From Spirogloea muscicola (lineage: Eukaryota): 50,025 nucleotides of DNA. Position 1 is the first letter of the stretch. Every line of letters starts with the position of its first letter. Shown piece after piece: positions 44,369 through 50,025 of this stretch. The position numbers were made by a program, and so were the translations under genes. The notes beneath the pieces were generated by a model. It saw nothing but the letters and a program-made list of their open reading frames with translations. It was not told the origin of the DNA and made no database searches. Location of the stretch: contig WELB01000012.1 of assembly GCA_009602725.1 (NCBI GenBank), forward strand, positions 1,052,125 through 1,102,149. The letters are read 5' to 3'.

Positions 44369-45775
44369 GGGCCCCGCGGCGGGCGCCAGCCTCTGCGGCG
44401 GCTGCCGCAGCCGCGGCCGCAGGGCAGGCCGGCCTGCCGCACGGCCACCAGGCGCAGCCGCCTGCGGATGCCAAGGCAATGCTCCGTGGAGCACGGTGGT
44501 GCACAATGGCCAGCCGATGCCGGACGAGGGCGGCGCCGGCACGGCCGCCGAATTTCTCCGGTCGCGGCCCCCAGGTCAGCTCGCGCTCTCAACGGGCCCG
44601 CCTTTGCGCAGCACACTAGGGCCCTGCTGCCACTCGACAAGCTCGCTTCTCGCAGTATCTGCATAGCCATACTCGGCCAGCACTTGCACCTTCTCCCGAG
44701 GGCTCGTTGGCGTCCGTTAGAGCGTACCGCGGCTGCCCGGCGTCGCCGCTTGAGACGATAGGGTGTGTGTGATCAAGGTCTTCATTTGGAAAGTGGCTAG
44801 GGTCTGGGGGTTAGAGCTTTGGGGTGTTGCAGCTAAGGTCTGGGTTCGAGCTTTGGTGGTCGCATCGCGTTGCTGGCGATCCACGGCTGCTGGCCTGCCT
44901 CCAGGCGCGTACACCACCACAAGGACTGCCGGCGGAGCCGCCGTCGTCCTCTGCTGGGAGGCCCACATGGCGCGCCTCGCGGACTCCATCGCCCGTTTGC
45001 CAGCCCTCTTTCCTGGCCTCCCTGTTGGCCTGCTGGCGCCCGACGCGCTTGCATCAGCCGTCATGCCCTCGATGCAAACAGCCCTGGCCATTGGGAGGCA
45101 GACACTTCCTCTTGGCCTGGAGCTCGCTGTGACTATCCTCATCTGCAGCCAGGCGACAGCGATGCAGCACCGCAAAGATCTTCTCAATAGTGTAGGCTCC
45201 TGGGACCATGCCCATCTGCAGCTCTGGTCTTCTGCTTCTGCTTCTGTCATAGTGACTATGACTACATGGGGTGCTGGTCCAGCATGAGATTGTGTTTGTC
45301 AGAAGTGGCTTTGTCATAGAGTTTCCAGCCAAGCGTGCCTGCTATTACGTGCATTGGTACTTGCTACCTTACAAAACATTGTTCCTCAGGTTGACGTCTT
45401 CGTCTACAGCAGCCGATATCGGGCCCACTGTCCCGAAGGAAGCTGCCCGCCAGCAGTCGAGGTGGCTGTACTCGGGCAGGGGAGGCTGGCACCTCTGGCC
45501 AAGTGCTCCACCTGGGCCACGTAATGAAGTCCCTCGACTTCACATCAGGCCTTTATATGCTTTCAGCATTGTGCACCTCCTCACGCTGTTGTCACATTCC
45601 AGGTGCCTCGAGTGGATGGATTATTTTGACTGTACATTGTTGAGGTATTGGCTGTGCAGGGATCGGCAGCTGCTGGAGCAGGCAAAACCGCCTGGTGTTG
45701 CTGAGATTATATTGTCAAGCAATGGCAACATGCTCCTGGAGGGCCTTGTCACAAACTTGTTCATCATAGTGTCCT
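44369..45775 (+). CDS. Class IV (D-amino-acid aminotransferase-like) PLP-enzyme family gene, partial
   Basis: Exon ending at 44574 (STVVHNGQP...AAEFLRSRPP) splices to 44905 (GAYTTTRTAGGAAVVLCWEAHMARLADS...ELAVTIL). Later exons read VDVFVY...VAVLGQGRLAPLAK and DRQLLEQAKPPGVAEIILSSNGNMLLEGLVTNLFII. The start is probably in the gap and the C-terminal exons were not recognised. Confidence 0.72.
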
Positions 45776-48700
45776 GGTACGCCATTGTCTATACTCACTG
45801 CCTACCACAGCTTGCAAGGTCAGAAGATGTATTCTGAGCATCCAAAGCAAGCCCCTCCCAAGGTCGTAAGCTCAAACCTACGAGGCTTACTCTCCTCCAG
45901 CCATATGCCTCAGTACCTCCAGTGTGCTCTGTGACTACTGTTGCTTTGCTGAAGGCACTGCCCCTCTAGTCAACCACTCATCCAAAAGGCTGATGTCGTA
46001 GAAGTCTGTGGAAGAGCCTGACTCGGTTTGCAGTGGTATCAGTGGTAAGGTATGTGTGCTTGCAGCTTGCTGCTTGGAGTTGTTGTTGCTGAGCATATGA
46101 CCTCTTCCTGGCTTGCTGCATATGATGCTAGCTTGACTTCTATGAGTGCAACAAATTGATCTGGAATGTGTTTCCAGAGCATTGCTTTCTTTCATAGTAA
46201 AGCACCGGAACCTGCAATCAGGTCCCCTTGCTCTCTGGTTGTTCTCAGTCACACTGAACACAGCTACTTCTGCTTGACATTTCACGGAGCCTTAGAGGCC
46301 TCTCATACGTTCCTGCTTTGGTAGGCAACACCAACAACACTGGTTCCATCTGCTGGAGTTTCTCCAGATCACCCTTATGTAGCAGCCAGCCCATACATCA
46401 TTCACTTTGATTCCAAGTTTGGCAGCTGTGCTGATACTTGTGACAAGTCGCAAGCATCTGGCGGCCCTTGTGTGCCACTTTGAAGTTACAATCTTCCAAG
46501 GTCTTGTGAATACTTTGGCACCCTCTGCAGCCGGCCATGGTAGCAAGAGTGACATACCAACAGGGATGTGCTGGCAGTAAAGTGGCAGTCTGGCCATACT
46601 CGGAGCAATTTCTCTGCCTGATCACGGGTGCGTCAGCAGGGGCATGGTGGTGGGCAGCGATTGCCTGGCAAGGGCATGTTGTCAATCGCAATCTGCTGAA
46701 GCGTGGCCTTTGTTATTGCCTACAACATTCGGCTGCAAGTACCCCACGTCAGGCCAGGTGCATTGGTCAGTCTCGCTTGCTATTGCGGCTGGCTCTGCAG
46801 AGTGCGTGACATAGTCCTTCATAACTCTTGAGAAGATCAAACTTGAGGCACAAGACAGGCTTTCATGATGCTTCATACAGCCAAGTCTGCCATGACTTAG
46901 CAACAAAGTTTGGGCTGGTGCTTGCACTGGAGAGTGAAGCATGTTGCTTGCCAGACGGCTGGTTTTGTTGCCGCCAACCTGAGCAGCCCCAAGAAGATGC
47001 TGAGAGCATTTCAGGCTTGTCAAGCAGAAATGAATAGTGCGCTGGAAGACTATCACAGAGCAGTAAGACAATCAAGGAAAGCGCAGTGCTGCAATCGCAA
47101 GATCAAGCAGCAATGCAGCAATGCTGTGGGTGCATAGTAATTACTTATCTGTCTCTTGTCAAGCGTGGAAAGCTTGTCAAGAAGATGTCTATTGTGCTCA
47201 GCTTGAAGACAACCGTCATGATCAGAAGTGGCTTGCAAGAAGTATGGCCGACCTCTTGTAGTTGTTCTTGAGCATTTCACAAACCAAGAGTGAGATATAT
47301 CCTGGTTGGTTAAGGTCTAGTTGGGGTGTTACAGACTGAAGCTCTACACAGAGAGCTCGGATAGTCAGAGGTTTGAAAGTTAGTGTGCACAAGTGTAGAG
47401 GTATGTAGAGGCTGCATGAGTCATAGCAACTATCAAGAGTGAGGCTTGACGTCATGACTAGGCTTGCTGTGTATATGCTGCTTGCACCTATGCTCCAAGT
47501 TGACTACTGCAATCTGCAGGCGGAAGTGACTCTTACCAAACACTGCCAGTGTCAAAGGGAGGTTGTCCATCAGCAAGCAGCTCTTGGCTCTTCGCTAAGC
47601 CTTGGTGTTATTGCTCTGGCGCAGTGACATTACCAATGCTGCCAAAGTGGCTGGATGCACAACGTCCAGCAGTGTCGTTGTTCAGACGGCCAGCCTTGTG
47701 GACGGAGTTTTACCAGGGGTCACCCGCCACCTTGTTTTAAGGTAGTCGATCTGCAATCAATATCCAACCTCGCCCTTAAGATTGTCATCTCATTGCCTAG
47801 AAAGGTTGTGAATGCCGTATACTCAGGACTTATTTTCAGGCTTACTTAGAACAATTCTCCGGCTGAGTAGCTGTGTACCATGAAGTCAAGCAAGCCGCTG
47901 TATGTCGCAGGTCCTGCCATAAGGCGGGGATCGTTGTCCACGAGAGGGCCCCTCGCTGGGATCAAAGGCACACCTGGCAAGGAGCATTCTTAAGCAGTAA
48001 GTTGCTCTTGATTACTCCTCATTGAGATGTACTGCATTTAAGGTCAAGGCGATGAATTGCCAGCCTCTTGGTCTGAGGATATCTGATCCTTGCCGGTGCT
48101 TGATACAGGTGCAATGCAGATCGTACAACCCGTGCAAGTTGTGCGTATGTCAAATCCCTGGGTCGCTCAGGTGGACGCGAGCAGCTGCTGTCCAGCTGAA
48201 TTGAAGTGGACAGAGTGGCAGTCCCCTGGGGTACGTCGGTCACTTGCCACTTTGACTAGTTGTCGGTTGCATCTATTTCTGTTTCTCTGCTCACGATCAC
48301 CGTGATGACCAGAGTGGCTGAGAGATGTCATGCCTTGACAATGGTGGCCCTTTGAGATATTACTGACAAGGAAATTGCTATCGCAAGACAGGTCGTCGGC
48401 AACCTTATAGAGAGGATCAAGGTTGGGCCTAAACTTACCTTGAATCTCATAGCATGCCCTTCTTCGGCGGTCAATTGTCCAGGAGATGTATCTTTGTGCT
48501 TGATAAACATGCGTATTAGAGGTTACTTGAAGCTGCACTCTGAAAAGCAATGTCTCAGAAGCCTGCATCTGTGAATACCTAGTGGCGTAGAACTCAGCTG
48601 AGCTCAGGGTAAGTTGGAAGCTCTGCAGGATTCGGTTTGAACATTTGGCTGTCGCAGCGTTGAATTGGAGGTAGCTTATTCCGGAGGTACTAATGTCTGG

Positions 48701-49015
48701 GCTAAGCGTGTCTGAGCAGGCCCTGACAATTGGAAGTGCAATGGAGGAGGGCGTCGCTGTTGACGACTTCCTGAGTAGAGACATACGGCCTGGACTTTGA
48801 GCCAAAGCACGTGATCAGGATGATGCTCATGGAAGGCCATCATTCATGTGGTTAGTGCCTGCTACAATCTGGATATGGCTCATCTAACGCGTCACAACTG
48901 ACAGCTTGCAAGGAAAGAAAAGATTTCGTGCATTTGAAACAAACGAAGGCCAAATGGCCAAGTACAAAGGCAAGCACATCTTAAGACCTACATAACCTAC
49001 AGTAGATTGACCCGC

Positions 49016-49215
49016 TCAGAAACCACGGGTCAAAACATAAAGGTCGCTAACCGATGCCTGGATACTAGATGGCAGATACGAAGCCCTTCTGCTACCAACT
49101 AGAGCTCGCCCAGCTTTCTGGTGCAAAGCATTAGCCTGAGCACGCTGCAAACAGGCCGAAACTCGTCGTCGCAACAACGACAGATAAGCAGCTGGCAAGC
49201 CCATCTCTTGCAAGG
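49016..49215 (-). mobile_element. Divergent CRE-like C-terminal remnant
   Basis: YLSLLRRRVSACLQRAQANALHQKAGRAL...SVSDLYVLTRGF* is homologous at the protein level to the C-terminus at 25300-25490. Confidence 0.75.
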
Positions 49216-49669
49216 ATCTGGAGAGCTTGGTGAAAGGCATGAAAGTAAATGAACGGAGACTGCCCTGAGAAGGTCGAGGAACCTTGAGGCACAGTTTACC
49301 TGTGGGGTCCCTCTGGGCCATTCATATCACAACATCCAACATACCGCTCAATTGTGGGATATTGTGGTACTTTCTGGATATATTCTAGATGTGCTCTTTG
49401 TGCTATGAAAGGTAGTCCTACTCAAGTGGGCAATGAAATATGTATTGCATGCCACTATCGAGTTGTGGTTGATGAGAGGTGCAAGGGCAACTTACTGGTG
49501 CGATAACGATAACGCTGACCATTGTGTTGTTGCTTGCTCGCCCTGGCTGCAGCATCTGGCTATACAGAGGGGACCTGCTACCTGGAGACTAGTTTCTCTG
49601 ACCTGCGGCTGCTTACCAGTGGATATTGAGCGTCCAGTGGCCACTTGAGTTGCCGTGTGCTTCAGGGCT

Positions 49670-49900
49670 TTCTGGCACCCTTCGAACTCTGTTCATTCTT
49701 TTCCTAGGCTGGCCAGTCACAGCCAGTGCCCTCTGCCGGTAGAGTCCAGCTTCTGTGTAATAGCTTCTTCTGCTTTTCTTTTCCGAGTCTTTCTTCTTCT
49801 GCTTGAGACCTTAGTGCATTTCTTCGGGCTGGCCTCTTTCGTCATTTCTTTCGAGTCTCACAGCCATTTGCCTTAGATTGGAAGAAGCTGTCTCTTTTCT
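49670..49900 (+). mobile_element. Diverged CRE-like 3' UTR fragment
   Basis: CCCTTCGAAC...TTCATTCTTTTCCTAGGCTGGCCAGTCACAGCC and TTCGGGCTGGCC...CACAGCC modules. Confidence 0.6.
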
Positions 49901-50025
49901 GCTTAGACAATGCCCCGTCGGCGGGACGTTCAGCTCGCCGTCGTCGACCGTTCCGTCAGTGTTCGGGAGCCCGCGCGGCGGCGGCCGGCCGGCCGGCGGA
50001 CCCCACCGGCGCCGCGGCCGCGGCC

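Overview
Eukaryotic, intron-rich nuclear scaffold from a draft assembly with three long N-gaps, three single-N joins and two homopolymer runs that are probably artefacts. Gene content points to a streptophyte green alga or early-diverging plant; this is an inference and the species cannot be read from the sequence. Spliced genes reconstructed by eye: a C2-domain protein (+), a KDM4/JMJD2-type JmjN-JmjC histone demethylase with a CW zinc finger (+), a presequence-bearing RbfA (-), COQ2/PPT1 (+, first exon not visible), a BIC (Blue-light Inhibitor of Cryptochromes)-like CID protein (-, 5' end lost in a gap), a BAG6/CIP73-like ubiquitin-like protein (+), RIC1 (-) and a partial class IV aminotransferase-like gene (+). 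Intergenic DNA is dominated by 5'-truncated CRE-like non-LTR retrotransposons with a restriction-like endonuclease. These nest inside one another at a recurrent site and carry a repeated, apparently structured 3' UTR module. A probable Ty1/copia relic is also present. Best leads: the BIC-like gene with an upstream G-box, the KDM4+zf-CW architecture, the self-nesting CRE-like elements with their pseudoknot-like 3' module, and a putative mitochondrial RbfA.
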